A stretch of DNA of 60,628 bases, counting the filler, from Porpidia crustulata (lineage: Eukaryota): NCBI GenBank assembly GCA_964255105.1. It is 14 parts of 14 records of this genome, joined end to end, with 100 filler letters (N's around TTAATTAATTAA, not from the genome) between each part and the next. Parts side by side here need not be neighbours in the genome. Positions count along the whole stretch, not along the records: positions 34,775 to 39,009 come from CAXUWE010002120.1; positions 39,110 to 43,341 come from CAXUWE010002121.1; positions 43,442 to 47,665 come from CAXUWE010002122.1; positions 47,766 to 51,986 come from CAXUWE010002123.1; 10 more parts are not named here. One strand, 5' to 3'. The notes below the pieces were generated by a model that made no database searches, had not been told where the DNA came from, and was given only the letters and a program-made list of their open reading frames with translations. Shown here piece by piece: positions 35,523 through 47,940 of the stretch. Each line of letters opens with the position of its first letter. The first letter of the stretch is position 1. Both the position numbers and the translations under genes were made by a program.

Positions 35523-38153
35523 TCATGCTTCACTGGTAGCATCAGTCCTAGGAGATGGTGGTCCTAGAGGACTTCTCTCCCCGGAAGCAGTGCTGATTCT
35601 CTTCGATTCGCCCGAGTTCCGGGCAGGAAGATTCAATAACCTTGCACTACCCGCGCTAATGTGCCGCACATGCCCCTTGCCAAGTTCCACACTGGTTGCA
35701 CGCTGGATGAATGGCACCTCGGGTGCTCGTAGTTGTTCGACCGGCGATCCTCCGGTCGTGGGTGAAGACTCTACCGACTCACCGGCCTGGAAGTCGTTGA
35801 GAAGGCCTTCCCTAGATTTGGCACGAGGTCCTTGGCGCACAATAGTAGGATGCCTGCCAACAGCACTATGCCACGTTCCCTGTTCCTGAGGTTTCGAGCT
35901 ATCTGCGTGGTCAAGGTCGGCATCGTCGTCGCTTTCGCCTGCGATACCAGAATCATCGCGAAAATTTACAGGCCTCTGTGAAGCCATTGCTCCGATAATT
36001 TCGTCCGAACTAGGAGTTAGGGCGCCGATGTTCTCTTGCTCATCTTCCTCAATATCAAGTTCCTCTTCGGATCCCCTAAGTTCCTGGAGACGCTTCTGCA
36101 GAGAGCTCCCACTCTCGCGAAACGGATTGAGCTGTTGAGAAGTCCTTCTCACTGGACGGCCAGTCAACCAAGACCCTTCGGAGTCGACTGATGCTAGGGA
36201 TTGCGAAAGTAGACCACTCGAGGGTCCATCCGGAGAATGTGCCGATCGAACTGATTGGTGCCTGCTCAATGCTACCTCCTCCCGGAAAGCTGGATGGATT
36301 TCGGACAACGGATACGTAGGGCTCGTGGTGACGCCCAGCACGCCCGGTCCATCGCTATCAGGCCGCTGCAATTGAGCTTGCGATGAGATCTCCGGGGATT
36401 GTACACGAGAATCAGGTGGTGATATGGGTAGTTCTGGTAAGTCCTCCCTAAACCTAGATTGTACAGGGGTCCCTGATCTAGCCCGCGGGATTCTATTCGA
36501 GTTGAATGCCGAAGGAGGCATCTGTCGCACAAATGACTCTCTCGAAGTGTTTGAGAACTCGGAAGGAGCCTTTCTGCCGCGATCTGCCGAATTCCGTTCG
36601 CCTCTGGTCCCACTGCGCCGGAAGATTGACCTCCAGTTGCTTGTGAGCCTGCCGCTAGTGTCGGAGTCTCCGCGTTCTGGCCCTCCTCGTTCTGGAATAT
36701 CCGGCGTGCTTCTTGAATCCATGCTTGTGAGTTGTGAGAGACTTGAAGGCTCGTTTACGTGTGAGGGTTGGGATGTGATTGGCGATGTAATTGGCGACAT
36801 ATTCGGCTGCGATAACCTTACCGCTTTGGCAGTCTCAAGAACTGGTTCGTCAGGGTCGTCTGTTGGTGTTGGTCCCTCAAGGTGAGACGTATGTTGTCTG
36901 GTAAGGGGATCGCTAAATGGGTCTCGCAACGGAATATGCTCTTGCGACGGATCTTTCAACCAAGATTCCGGCGTCCTCGTACTTTGCTCTCTGTCGGGCA
37001 CTACGAACGTGCTCTGTGCAGCTACCTCCGCAGAAGTCCCAAGTATTCCCAACCCGGCATCGCGTTTGCCTGACATTTCCCCGCTTGCATGCTCTTGAGC
37101 GGCAAAGTCCTCTGCCCTTTGCTTTTCCGCCCTCTGAAGCTTTCGTTGCAGCTTTTCTTGGTCTGACTGTCGGATTTTTGCAGTCCTCCGCCGGTCTCGC
37201 TCCATCAGCTCTCTCAAACTCCCAGCATCTAGATCATCAGCCAAGTCATCAACTCGCTTTCTCGAATTCAACACATCCTCCGTGGCTACTGGTTGTTTCT
37301 CTTTCCTTGTCGATGCTCGTGACGGTCCACTCGATATAGCACCGTGCCGTGGGTTTTCCGAATATCGGATTGTTGGTCGCGGGGACAGGGCGTCAAAAGC
37401 TCGGATTTTGAAGCCGTGCTGGTCGGATGCTACGGACATCGACGAGTGCAACGATTCTGGCATGGGCAATGAGACGTCGGATGTAGGTTTGTCGTGATTT
37501 CGATTCATGCCACGAGGGATCTTCTTGTTATCACGCGCCAGCACCCCGCTTCCATATTGCGCACCACGTTTAGGTATTGCAATCGGCGAGCTCAAAGCTT
37601 TAATCTCCTGCTCGCGAGCATGATCGACCGCCTTTCTCTTACTCGATTTTTGTCTCAGAAGATTCGTGTCGTTGGAGCTGCGTTTGCCTCTTAGAGTCGG
37701 TACTCTATTCATTGCGGTAAACCTTTCCGCTTGTATGCTCGACATTGAGGTGTGATTATGAAAGTAGTATGAGGGTACATCTCCGCGATCTACAGGAGGC
37801 TGTGAGATCTTCACGTTCGTAGTCCCCGATAATCCTTTCTCGTCGAGAATGGCGCGTGTGTCGATGGCCGAGGGAAGTGGCGGCACTCCAGCTGGTGCAG
37901 ACGTCTTCTCCGAATCTCTACTTCTTGACTGTTGAGCCTTGGACAGTTTCCGCGCAGCAGTCCGCTTGTTACTGCGTAGGCTGCTCTTCCGACTGGACTT
38001 CCTGCTCAAGGTGGGTGGAGAAGCGTCGGCTGTAGCATGCTGACCAGGATCACTCCTTGCAGAATCGGGATGTTTATTCCTGGATGCAGCCATGCCCTTT
38101 TCGCTGGATTTGCTAGTTTTCTTCTTCTTGCGGCCAAATGGCCAGAAGGCCAT
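35523..38153 (-). CDS. Large S/R/P-rich, probably disordered hypothetical protein (about 876 aa), intronless
   Basis: AAAATGG start, MAFWPFGRKKKK, short helical segment LRELMERDRRR, blocks such as SLASVDSEGSWL and HVRHISAGSARLL. Confidence 0.8.
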   Translation of the reverse strand: MAFWPFGRKKKKTSKSSEKGMAASRNKHPDSARSDPGQHATADASPPTLSRKSSRKSSLRSNKRTAARKLSKAQQSRSRDSEKTSAPAGVPPLPSAIDTRAILDEKGLSGTTNVKISQPPVDRGDVPSYYFHNHTSMSSIQAERFTAMNRVPTLRGKRSSNDTNLLRQKSSKRKAVDHAREQEIKALSSPIAIPKRGAQYGSGVLARDNKKIPRGMNRNHDKPTSDVSLPMPESLHSSMSVASDQHGFKIRAFDALSPRPTIRYSENPRHGAISSGPSRASTRKEKQPVATEDVLNSRKRVDDLADDLDAGSLRELMERDRRRTAKIRQSDQEKLQRKLQRAEKQRAEDFAAQEHASGEMSGKRDAGLGILGTSAEVAAQSTFVVPDREQSTRTPESWLKDPSQEHIPLRDPFSDPLTRQHTSHLEGPTPTDDPDEPVLETAKAVRLSQPNMSPITSPITSQPSHVNEPSSLSQLTSMDSRSTPDIPERGGPERGDSDTSGRLTSNWRSIFRRSGTRGERNSADRGRKAPSEFSNTSRESFVRQMPPSAFNSNRIPRARSGTPVQSRFREDLPELPISPPDSRVQSPEISSQAQLQRPDSDGPGVLGVTTSPTYPLSEIHPAFREEVALSRHQSVRSAHSPDGPSSGLLSQSLASVDSEGSWLTGRPVRRTSQQLNPFRESGSSLQKRLQELRGSEEELDIEEDEQENIGALTPSSDEIIGAMASQRPVNFRDDSGIAGESDDDADLDHADSSKPQEQGTWHSAVGRHPTIVRQGPRAKSREGLLNDFQAGESVESSPTTGGSPVEQLRAPEVPFIQRATSVELGKGHVRHISAGSARLLNLPARNSGESKRISTASGERSPLGPPSPRTDATSEA

Positions 38154-39955
38154 TTTGTGGTCAGTCGACCCCCCTAACAATCCTCGCTCGCCGCCATCGA
38201 TCCGCCGCCTACCGCGACGCCAGCACAAGAAACTCGACAGCTTGACAAAGGTAAGATTGTGACGTTTCGTGTAGATTGGTCCTGTACTTTGGTGAAGGTA
38301 AAGTTTTATTGGCACTTTATGCGCGTAATTGACCGTGGTTCCGCAATTTGTGGACTGTGGCTGAAACTTCAGCTATTACTTGTGCGACCGAGCATGTTGA
38401 TGGATATTGGGAGGTTAAAAGCTACACGTTGAGATGGAGAAAGCAGCCAGTCAGTACTCTGCCGAAAGTGAAGTCATCCAGTTTGGTTGATCTTACGATC
38501 TCCAGATTTGGGGGCATGTGATGAGTTGATCGAATTGGGAAGTGACGTGAAATGGGTTGTAAGTTGTGGGAAAGAAGAGCGAGAGGGCTTTCTGGGACGC
38601 CTTCTGAGTGGACAGACCCCTAACTTGATTGACTGGTCCTAGTCCTGATAAGTAGCGTAGTGTCGATTGGTATTCTCATATGGAAGGGACTGGTCACTGG
38701 GCTGTCACCACTACAAAATTACGGGATACGGGAATCCCACTGGTTCGTCACAAGTTGTCAAAGAGGCATGAGAAACAAATAGACCATCCTGGTCTCCCTC
38801 TTCCCCTGGAACGGATAATAGTTCGTACGGGGCTAGAAGTATTCGGTACTGAGCAAGAAGCAAAGCCTGGGTTATCAAATCCGTCGCTACATCACATTGG
38901 CTACCGATGACGCCACGTTCAAATAGACTGCAGGTCCAGTGCTGTCCAACTTCCCCGGCCTTTCCAAGATCATGTCCAATGCCGTTCAGGGGAGGTGAGT
39001 GTCGCTGATNNNNNNNNNNNNNNNNNNNNNNNNNNNNNNNNNNNNNNNNNNNNTTAATTAATTAANNNNNNNNNNNNNNNNNNNNNNNNNNNNNNNNNNN
39101 NNNNNNNNNGTGAAGACGAATGTGGAGGCAGTGGAGGGGGCGCTAAAGGGGGATCAGGAGGGGATTGACATGGTGATGGGGGGGAACGCGATCAGGTTGC
39201 TGAACCTTGAGGGGGTTGGTACGTAGCATATTTGGGTGATTTTGCATTGTAAAGGAAATATGTTATAGATACCAAGGCTAAAACAAGAATGCAGTGCTAG
39301 CCTAAGCAATATTGTCTGATTAAGATTATGTATGGTTCGGCTCACGAGCGGACCACGACCCGACTCCGACAACCAAGGAGGACCGGTATCCTTGCGGTAA
39401 AAAAAGGTGACTGCTAAAGTAATCGCTGATAAAACGTATTGCCCAAGTGGAGATCACAACTGTACCTCTTCTGTACCTATCCTAAGAATCTCAACTATCC
39501 CCTAGTTCAGTAAAACCTTCGTATCGTCTCACTTTTGCCTCCAAAGTTGACTCCTTATTAGATGGACCGCGAAGACGATTGAGCAACAAAGCTTTACGTC
39601 CATCTCCTACTCTCGGGCCAGCTATACTCCTTCATTTATCATTCAGATATCGAGTAAGCCATGCAACCAGTCGAGTGAATATGGTGCAACGCTGTCGTAC
39701 TTTGGTGAATTATCACGACCTTAACCTTGGCTCCTTCACCATCATGGATATGCCCTCGTCCATGACTGACCGTTACGGGTCCCTCGGATATATGTGCGCA
39801 TTTCGTCTGAATACCATCTGCGCATGTCTGCCGAATGGATATTATTTTGCTAGATATATCATGTTGTCCATATCAAAGCTTCTCCCCATACCGACATTGC
39901 AGGTACGTCCCATAGTGAATATAATGAATTTTCCATCGGATACCATTTCACTGCC

Positions 39956-41599
39956 TCAAGGTCTCATGTGATCCAACTCTTCATATGGCAACGGGTCGCC
40001 ATCATATTCGTCAACCTTTGGGTATCCTGGTGGGCTTAGGGGTACATCCTCGTACATCGGGGGCTGCTCTTCATCCCAACTGATACCCATCCCGCTTCTT
40101 TCGGTCACGATCAATTTGAACATCATGCGCAAGACTCGCGCTGCCCCCGTCGGAGTTGCCATCCTCATCCCCTTTTGCATATGTTCCTCTGCCACAATGA
40201 GTTCTATGGCAAGAGCATGCGTTACAGCAAGCCCTGTGGGCGATTCGACGTCACATAGAGGGTGGGAACCTGGTTTTATTGATGCCTGGAGTTCGTATTC
40301 GATAGTGCCACCTGGGGAGTCAAAATCCGTCTTCCAGCCACCCTTGACATCCTCGCCACCAATTGCTCTAGTATCTTCGTGTAAAATACCTTTCCCCTCA
40401 CCACCGACCTTGTGTACATGTTTCTGGCATGGCTGGGAGATAATCTTGGAATACTCATCTATCCTCCAATTCATTTTTCGGAGCCGCCATCGCGTTGCAT
40501 AGGCACTGCCTTGTTGGGTAACCCCGTTGAGGCGCATCAGGACTGCAAACTCTCCGATGGGATGAATTACCGGAGGAAGCTGTACATTTGCAGTCAAATT
40601 TGTGGGAGGGAAAATCCTCAGCGATTGTTTATCGGTGCCAGGCATAAGAGCACGCTGGACTGTAATGTGGCGTACCGCAGGAATGGAATCGAGAGATGTT
40701 GCGGCCTGAGCGAAGAGAGAGTAATCGATCGTACCAAGAACACCATGACATGTGGCAGCTAGATGGCCTGGCAGGAGGTAGGAAAATGGAAAATTGTGTA
40801 CTCCCTGCGTAAAAGTCAGTTCACGGTAGAGCAGATCATTCCAATGAAGGACTTTAGACAAATAGAAAGCGAATAGGAAACGTGAAGGCTGCATAAAAAC
40901 CACTCTAAAGAAGTAAAGGCTCGGGTAATTCACCAAAGATTGACGAGCGAAAAGGGCTGAGCTGGAAATTGGTCAGATCCACTGTGCTTCCTGCTGAGCA
41001 ACAGGAGCACAAGTAAGTCATTTCACAGCGCAAAATTGTCTCATCGTTGGAACAATTGAACCAAGTATTGACATATCTAAATGTGAATAGCCATGAGAAG
41101 CACTGACCTTCGAAAACCGCGTGTGTTCTGCTAGGAAGACCCACTTCTTGAGCTCGTTTGTCTTCGTAGTACAGTCGGGACAATCCTTTGAAATTGGCTT
41201 CTTGGAGGTGACCGTTGCGACCAGGTTCATCTCGAAGGTCTTCAAATTGACCTCCGGATCCAAGACGGTGAGCAAGAGTTGGCCTGAAAACAAGGCACCC
41301 GAGGACTGGGAAGGTGTCCCATAGAACACCAGAGGAGGTGACTCGATTACAATCTCGAGATTGGCTGATTTGACTGGAACAATCTTGGGGCTGTTCTTGG
41401 GACTGTTCTTTGGGGCTGGCGAAATGCGTCCAGTGACACTATGTCGCTTGTCCTTGGAATGATGGAAGATATCCATAGCTGAGTGCGAGATTTTGTGCTC
41501 GGTCATGGAGGATTGTTTTGCCAGAGTGTCTTCGGCAGCAATGTCTGAGGAGTTTGAAGAAGGTTGGGAACGTCCGAATTTCAACATGCGGGAGGGCAT
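39956..41599 (-). CDS. Arrestin-related trafficking adaptor, Ldb19/Art1-like, 2 exons
   Basis: IESPPLVFYG...SSGALFSGQL, CPDC, HNFPFSYLLPGHL, RIFPPT, WRLRKMNWRIDE, TGAARVLRM, GISWDEEQPPMY and PPGY (PY motifs); intron about 41108-40806. Confidence 0.88.
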
Positions 41600-43933
41600 G
41601 ACGAAGAGTGGGGTGACGGCAGCGGCAGCGATAAGAGATCTGATGTGACAAAATAGTGGAAGTTGCAACTATTTTCAGCGGCGAATTGCTCGTTATACAC
41701 AACGGATGCACAATGCACGATGCAGGGAAATGAGGCTGCAGGAATGGGGGTATCCATCCTGACGCCCTGATTCGCACGTGTGGCTTCTATAGGACGCATT
41801 GTTGTGAATGTTCTTTCTGTTGTGGTAATATTTTTATGTCATGAGTCGCTCCTGCCTGGCTGGGCCACGAGGGGGGAAAAAAGCTTGTTACTAATGAAGA
41901 TGTTCTAGCCAATGGAATCGTTCTATCAGGGTGTAGCTGCCTTAAGCGGCCAAGCCACCCCCGGATTTTCCAGTGACGCTAATCCATAGGGCGATCAATA
42001 CTTCCGGATTCATTTCCGTCGTCGCCAGATCGGGCATCAGATCTCTAATGATAATTAGGAAATTTGATGCCTCAACAGCTTTGATACTACTATTCAGTTC
42101 ATTCGGAACGAAATTAATACCCGAGCAGGTACAGATTACTTCTCGGACAAAATACAAGATTACGTATGACTCAAGATCCCGATTACTCTAGGGTAGAGTA
42201 CTCTATCTAGTCTCGCAATTGCGATGACGAAACATGCACTGTACAGCTTACTCTATGGCTATTGGTGGACGTTACTTTCAAAACCATCGCACTAACAGCT
42301 CAAGTTCTGAGTTATCATGATGATTATCAGGGACTGGTCAACTACAATATCCCCCTGTATGCTATGTCGACTACGAACCTTGCAATTCGTCGCGAAGGAG
42401 TTCAGAAGTTTAGTCTAAAATAGTCACTACGCACAAGCCGTTAGCCGTTAAGCATTCAGATTGCGACTGAAATCTCCGAGTGACGTGATCTGTAACTCAC
42501 GGGGTTTTAGCTCACTAACATGCTCTACAGTCTCTAAGTAGTAGTAAGATGTTATGTACGTTGATCAAGATCGACCGTCAAAACGCTTGCACCTGTTTTC
42601 AACAAAATTTCACATGCCAATAATACGAGTAACCGTGATCAAGCGGTCATCTTTCTCATAAGTCTGATAGGCGGCCTATACGTCCTTGGCGGTTTACTTG
42701 CTGCCTGCTTCTGGAAAGCACTATTCTAGTACCGTTGCGATATTCTCGTTGGTATCGCATCACAAAGCGGATCTCAGCGGCGCTGTAGTTCCGTTGCCTG
42801 AACTGATACTAAAGATCGTCTCAAGACGTTATATTGATTTGTGTGACTTATATCAGGATAGCCCGCTGTCGAAAATGTTTGACTGAAATCCACAGCTCAA
42901 GACTAGATGAGAATAGTGAATAGGAACTGTGAAGTTGAAAAGATTTATCGGAGGGGGTTTGATGAATAGCCTGATGATATGGACCCGCTGGAATGCCTTC
43001 GCAGTGACACAAGAACTTCACTGCAAATTCATCAGAAAGGCGAAGTTACAGAGAACCCATAACGCAGAAGTGAATGGACTGCCATGACAGTGACGCAAAG
43101 CGGTCACTGCGGATCCAATAAATACTTGAGACTACGAAGAAGCATGGAGCAGGAATCAATGAAGTCTCTGAACCAAAATAATTTATCAAATACCTGAGAC
43201 CGCCAACGACGATCACGGATCAACATGAAATGACTATAATTCACCACAAATCAAGAGAAGCCAAAACGAACAGAGGAGCTAACGTCATTCCCACATCTAA
43301 TCATTTAACCCTTCATACTCGTAAGTCCTACAATTTCCCCCNNNNNNNNNNNNNNNNNNNNNNNNNNNNNNNNNNNNNNNNNNNNTTAATTAATTAANNN
43401 NNNNNNNNNNNNNNNNNNNNNNNNNNNNNNNNNNNNNNNNNGTCTAGATATAGAGATGGTAAAATTTGGTGGTATCACAAGGATTCCGAATTTTCGATTT
43501 TTTTTTTGTGAGGGGGGCGGGATATTTGCGCAATGCAGTGGTGGTTCGGGGATGTGGAGGTCTAGAGGCAAACTGTAATTCATGGTGCTGCAAAAGATGG
43601 TGGATCGTCCGGATCGCTGTTGGAGAGAAAGGAGTATCCTAGGTAGTTGGCGTGGGATGTTTTTGGTTCACCGGTTTTTTTGTTACCTGATCATTTTTTT
43701 TTTTTTGGCTGGAAATAATACCGAGGCTGGAATTGCGGACGCTGGTGGTTGTTGATGTTGATGTTGCTGCGTGGCTTGGTTTGCTTTTATAGGGTTTGAT
43801 TCAATGGTATTAGTGTGCAAATTATTATGAAGGAAAGAAGAGGGAATGAGTTATTGATATTCGGGTTAATTCAAGCTGATAATCAAGAGCTTTCCTGATC
43901 CATAGAATCTCGATGTAAACACCTGGCCATACA

Positions 43934-44925
43934 CTACCTGAAACGCTGTTGGGATGTGAATAGCATCACATCCTCATCTTCATCAACAACGTGAACGGTA
44001 ACTACCAGCCTGCCATCCTTCCTACGCTCCGATCTTTCATCATAGGTTTTGAAGTCACATGGGTAGAGCTTTCCACGCCTCTTAGGGAATACATTCGCCT
44101 CATTTGGATCCCTGGAGATATCCAACGTTTTGATATCTACTTGTAGATAGCTAGTGGCTTAGTAGACATGGCGGCGTTGTTCTTCCTCGACAACGTAAAC
44201 CGTTCCATGCCGAGGAATCTGTCTAAGCATATCCTTGTTCGATGCGACAGTGGTGGCGCAATTCTTCTCTTCGCCGTCATAGATCCGCGTGCATAGGCTG
44301 TCATCGCTCATACACCCAAACTTGGGATCCTTCCAATTTCTATGACCAGGCCTGTCGACTGAAACACGTGCAACTCGACTAGAGCGTAGAAATAGTCAAG
44401 TCTTCCCTCTTCCTCGTAATGATGAAACGAGGTATAGTGATTGGTGACTATATATATCGGCTCTTTAGTAGGCTCTCTGCCCTAACTAGTCTCGACCCCA
44501 TGTTTAAGTTCGTCATCTATCTCGAAATTGAAGTATTCTTGATCAATATCCTCATTTTTAGATTTCATCTTCGTCATCTTAACCACCATGGTCACTATTG
44601 CTGTCGCTATCGGTATATCACAATAGACTTAGTCTTCGTTGAACGCGGGTTTAGGCTCTAGACTTGAAAGGACTTGACAGTCTAACTGTGGAGCTATTGT
44701 GCTCGATGGCGATGGGTATGCTCCAGTTCCCTAAGGTATGTTTGCCAGCTTCTGTGTTGCGTTCCAATTAGGTCACGGATGGCATTATTTGGTACTTCCT
44801 CGGTCAGGTCGATGATCACAGTGGATTTCAACTTCTCCGCAACCGTGGTTATTTTGCAAGATGTACTCTTCCTGATGTCTCCGTCTTGCACGCCCAGCAG
44901 TGCGTCTGAAATTGGCGACATGGTA
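43934..44925 (-). pseudogene. Decayed gene with several in-frame stops; C-terminal part resembles the protein at 45268-45579
   Basis: GTVYVVEEEQRRHVY*ATSYLQVDIKTLDISRDPNEAN...YDE...DGRLVVTVHV (TAA at 44161-44159); upstream acidic and PIYIV-containing fragments broken by stops and shifts. Confidence 0.45.
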
Positions 44926-45267
44926 CGCATGGCGAGTAAATAACAACAGTGTCGATCAATAATGTTGAAGCTCGCGATTTGGTAGTACCCAAGGGTTTGC
45001 CATAAATCCTTGTACTCCACAAGCGACTCAGGGGTTACCGAGGCATTCCCAACCCCACCAAAATATCGATTTCAACCACCACAAATCCGACTTGATAGAT
45101 GGTGCTAGGCGGGCGCAGCATTATGGTATTTTGTGAATGCGCACCCGTATTTCCTTCGTGAAGATTTGCTCTCATTCATCTGAGACTAGTGCTTTCAAGG
45201 GTAATCCACCAGGGTACGCTGTCACTGAATAAGTTGAACACAAGATACCCAGTATCCATGCCAAAGA

Positions 45268-45579
45268 TCAAGCCTCGGTCTTGTAATTTGCTGGGACTCT
45301 ACGCTGAAGCATTCTCTTGTCAACATCAACGTTCCATTTTACTCCCATGGCATTTTCGGCATGAATGTGCAGAGAATTGTCATCCTTGTACTGGTCCTCG
45401 GCATAATGTTTGAATTCTTTCTCACCCGAATCTTGAGAAAACCATTTGTGGGCAATCATATTAGCGTCTTCGACATCAGTAAAGACTCCCAGAATCTCAA
45501 AGGTGTTGCCGGTGTGGGGGTCGTCGCGGATCCTGGACACGACGAAAACGTCTTCTTTGGTAATCTTTGTGTCCGGCAT
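45268..45579 (-). CDS. Small hypothetical protein, 103 aa
   Basis: AAGATGC start; globular-looking sequence VFVVSRI...FEILGVFTDVEDANMIAHKW...DNSLHIHAE...WNVDV. Confidence 0.6.
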   Translation of the reverse strand: MPDTKITKEDVFVVSRIRDDPHTGNTFEILGVFTDVEDANMIAHKWFSQDSGEKEFKHYAEDQYKDDNSLHIHAENAMGVKWNVDVDKRMLQRRVPANYKTEA

Positions 45580-46140
45580 CTTGCTATGGTCTTGAAGAAT
45601 TAGACCGCTTTCTCGGACTGAATGATGCAGTGAATATAAATTCTTTTTCGTATATGGCGTTGTATTGCAGTGTTGGGGGTTCGAGAGCGAGTGGTCCAAG
45701 TACTGTAGTGTCCAGAAGTGGAAGACGAAATTCCCTCAGGATGGCCAAAGCGCCCATGACGAAATGCGGCTTTTATCAGCCGCGATAAACCATCGATGGC
45801 GCTTACCGTAAGGGGAAATAGGCTATCCCAAACCTGCATGACCGTTTTTGCCGTTTTTGCGGATATAAGAGATAAGGCACGTCGATAGGCACGGATGTAC
45901 ATAATGTTCCGTGTTTCCTTATCGGGTCCATCTAGCTCTGTCAGGCACAACGACTCGAGCTCCAAGGAGCGACGTAGTACAAGAACCTAAGCTTGATGGT
46001 GAATTTTCTGTCACCGCCGGGTGGCAGCTTATTTCCTTTTCATTTTTCTTTTTCCTTCACTCTCAAGCTCTCCCCTTTCTGACTATCTTCTTCTCATCTT
46101 CGGACGACTGCCTCAGCTATTTTGCAGCTCCAAACGAATC

Positions 46141-47472
46141 ATGGCATCATCAATAAGCTTAAGCAGATTTCTTTTGACTTTGACAGTCGTACTGGGCTTA
46201 ACAGGTTTTGGTAGCTCCAATGAAGACAAGAAAAAGCCCAAGAATCATTCCATTGCCCCCAAAGTCTTCATCATTGACATGGTATTCTACAACGTCTCCA
46301 TTCTACTAGAACTTTGCCATTGACCTGATATCAGTTCCCGCCGGAGGGTGATGTGTGGTATGGTATCCCCGAATTCAACCTCTTGGCTCGCAACATCACC
46401 GTCCCTGGTCTTTCTCCACTTTATCCAGACGTCCATTGCACTGTCAACGGCGAGGTTTGCCAATTGGTAACAGGAGAAAGCGGTACGCACTTCATCCAAA
46501 ACCCCACCAAAGATATCACACTTATCCCCCACTCCAGAGATCAACGCGGCTTCTTCAATCACCGCCCTCACCTTCTCGCCTTATTTCAACTTCCGGAAAA
46601 CATACTTCCTCATCGCCGGTATTGCCGGCGTCAGCCCGGAAGTTGGAACCCTGGGCTCCGTAACCTTTGCCCGCTACGCCGTCCAAGTAGCGCTGCAATA
46701 CGAATTCGACGCCCGCGAAATCCCCGGCAATTTCAGCACCGGCTACGTCCCGCAAGGAAGCACCGATCCTACAACCTACCCGCAAAGCATCTACGGCACC
46801 GAAGTTTTCGAAGTCAACGACGCTCTCCGCCAGATCGCCATCGACTACGCCAAAACCGCCACCCTGAACGACTCGAGCGCCGCCATCGCCTACCGCGCCA
46901 ACTACGCCACCACATCCCTCTACACCGCCGGCTCCAAGGGCCCCAGCGTCATCGCCTGCGACGTCGCCACCTCGGACGTCTACTTCAGCGGCGCCCTCCT
47001 CTCCGAAGCCTTCGCCAACACCACCCGGCTCTTCACCAACGGCTCCGGCCTCTACTGCACCACCGCCCAGGAAGACAACGCCACGCTCGAGGCCCTACTC
47101 CGCGGCGCCGCCAACAACCTGACCGACTTCAGCCGGATCATCGTCATGCGCACCGCTTCGGATTTCGATCGTCCGTACGCCGGCGAAGCCGATACCTTCA
47201 ATCTCTTCTACGCCAACCAAGGCGGCTTCGAACCAGCCATCCAGAATATCTACCTCGCCGGTGTCAAAGTCGTGCAGGGTATTCTGCAGCAGTGGAAACC
47301 GGTGTTTGAAAAGGGCGTCAAGGCGCCAAACTACGTCGGGGACATCTTCGGCACCCTGGGCGGGAAGCCGGATTTCGGGCCGGGTAGTATGTTCAACAAC
47401 AATCCAGTGGTATTACGGAGGAGCGCCAAGGGCGTCAGGGCGAGGAGGATTGGCGGCAAGATGAGGAGGTAG
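46141..47472 (+). CDS. Purine nucleoside permease (NUP family), secreted type, 3 exons
   Basis: Signal peptide, APKVFIIDM | FPPE..VWY, CQLVTGES | EINAASS, TYFLIAGIAG, YAVQVALQYEFDARE, YCTTAQEDNATL, RIIVMRTASDFDRP, NYVGDIFGTLGG.PDFG. Confidence 0.92.
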
Positions 47473-47940
47473 GGGGATGCGGAATAAAGAGGATAAGAGC
47501 AAGGCAAAGCAAAGCAAACGGCGGAAAATGTAATCGTGCAAAAGATGCAGACAAGTGCACACATATAGATAAACCAACGGACACCGCCTCTTGCTCACCA
47601 GGCTTTTAATATTCTCGAAACCCATTTATAGCACGCCAAGCAAGCAAGCAAGCTATGTACCAAACNNNNNNNNNNNNNNNNNNNNNNNNNNNNNNNNNNN
47701 NNNNNNNNNTTAATTAATTAANNNNNNNNNNNNNNNNNNNNNNNNNNNNNNNNNNNNNNNNNNNNTTCAAGGGGAGAGGGTGCGCTGTGTGATTTGGTTT
47801 GGGAGATTTTGGATGGTATGGTTTTGGGGTTTGTGTTATTTAGAGATCTAGTAATTTAAGTAGTGAGAAGGGAAGATGGATACTCGAGTTTATTACAACA
47901 TAAACAGGAAACCAAAAAATATAAACGCAATTGATGCTTT

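Noticed and set aside
40970..41050. Hairpin and weak C/D-box-like words in the long arrestin intron (snoRNA or TPP riboswitch candidate)
   Set aside because: Box C is imperfect, there is no terminal stem or recognisable rRNA guide, and TPP aptamer motifs are absent.
46353..47309. 318-aa Arg/His/Pro-rich ORF overlapping the nucleoside permease
   Set aside because: Off-frame shadow of a gene with very high C at third positions; the true frame has the NUP motifs.
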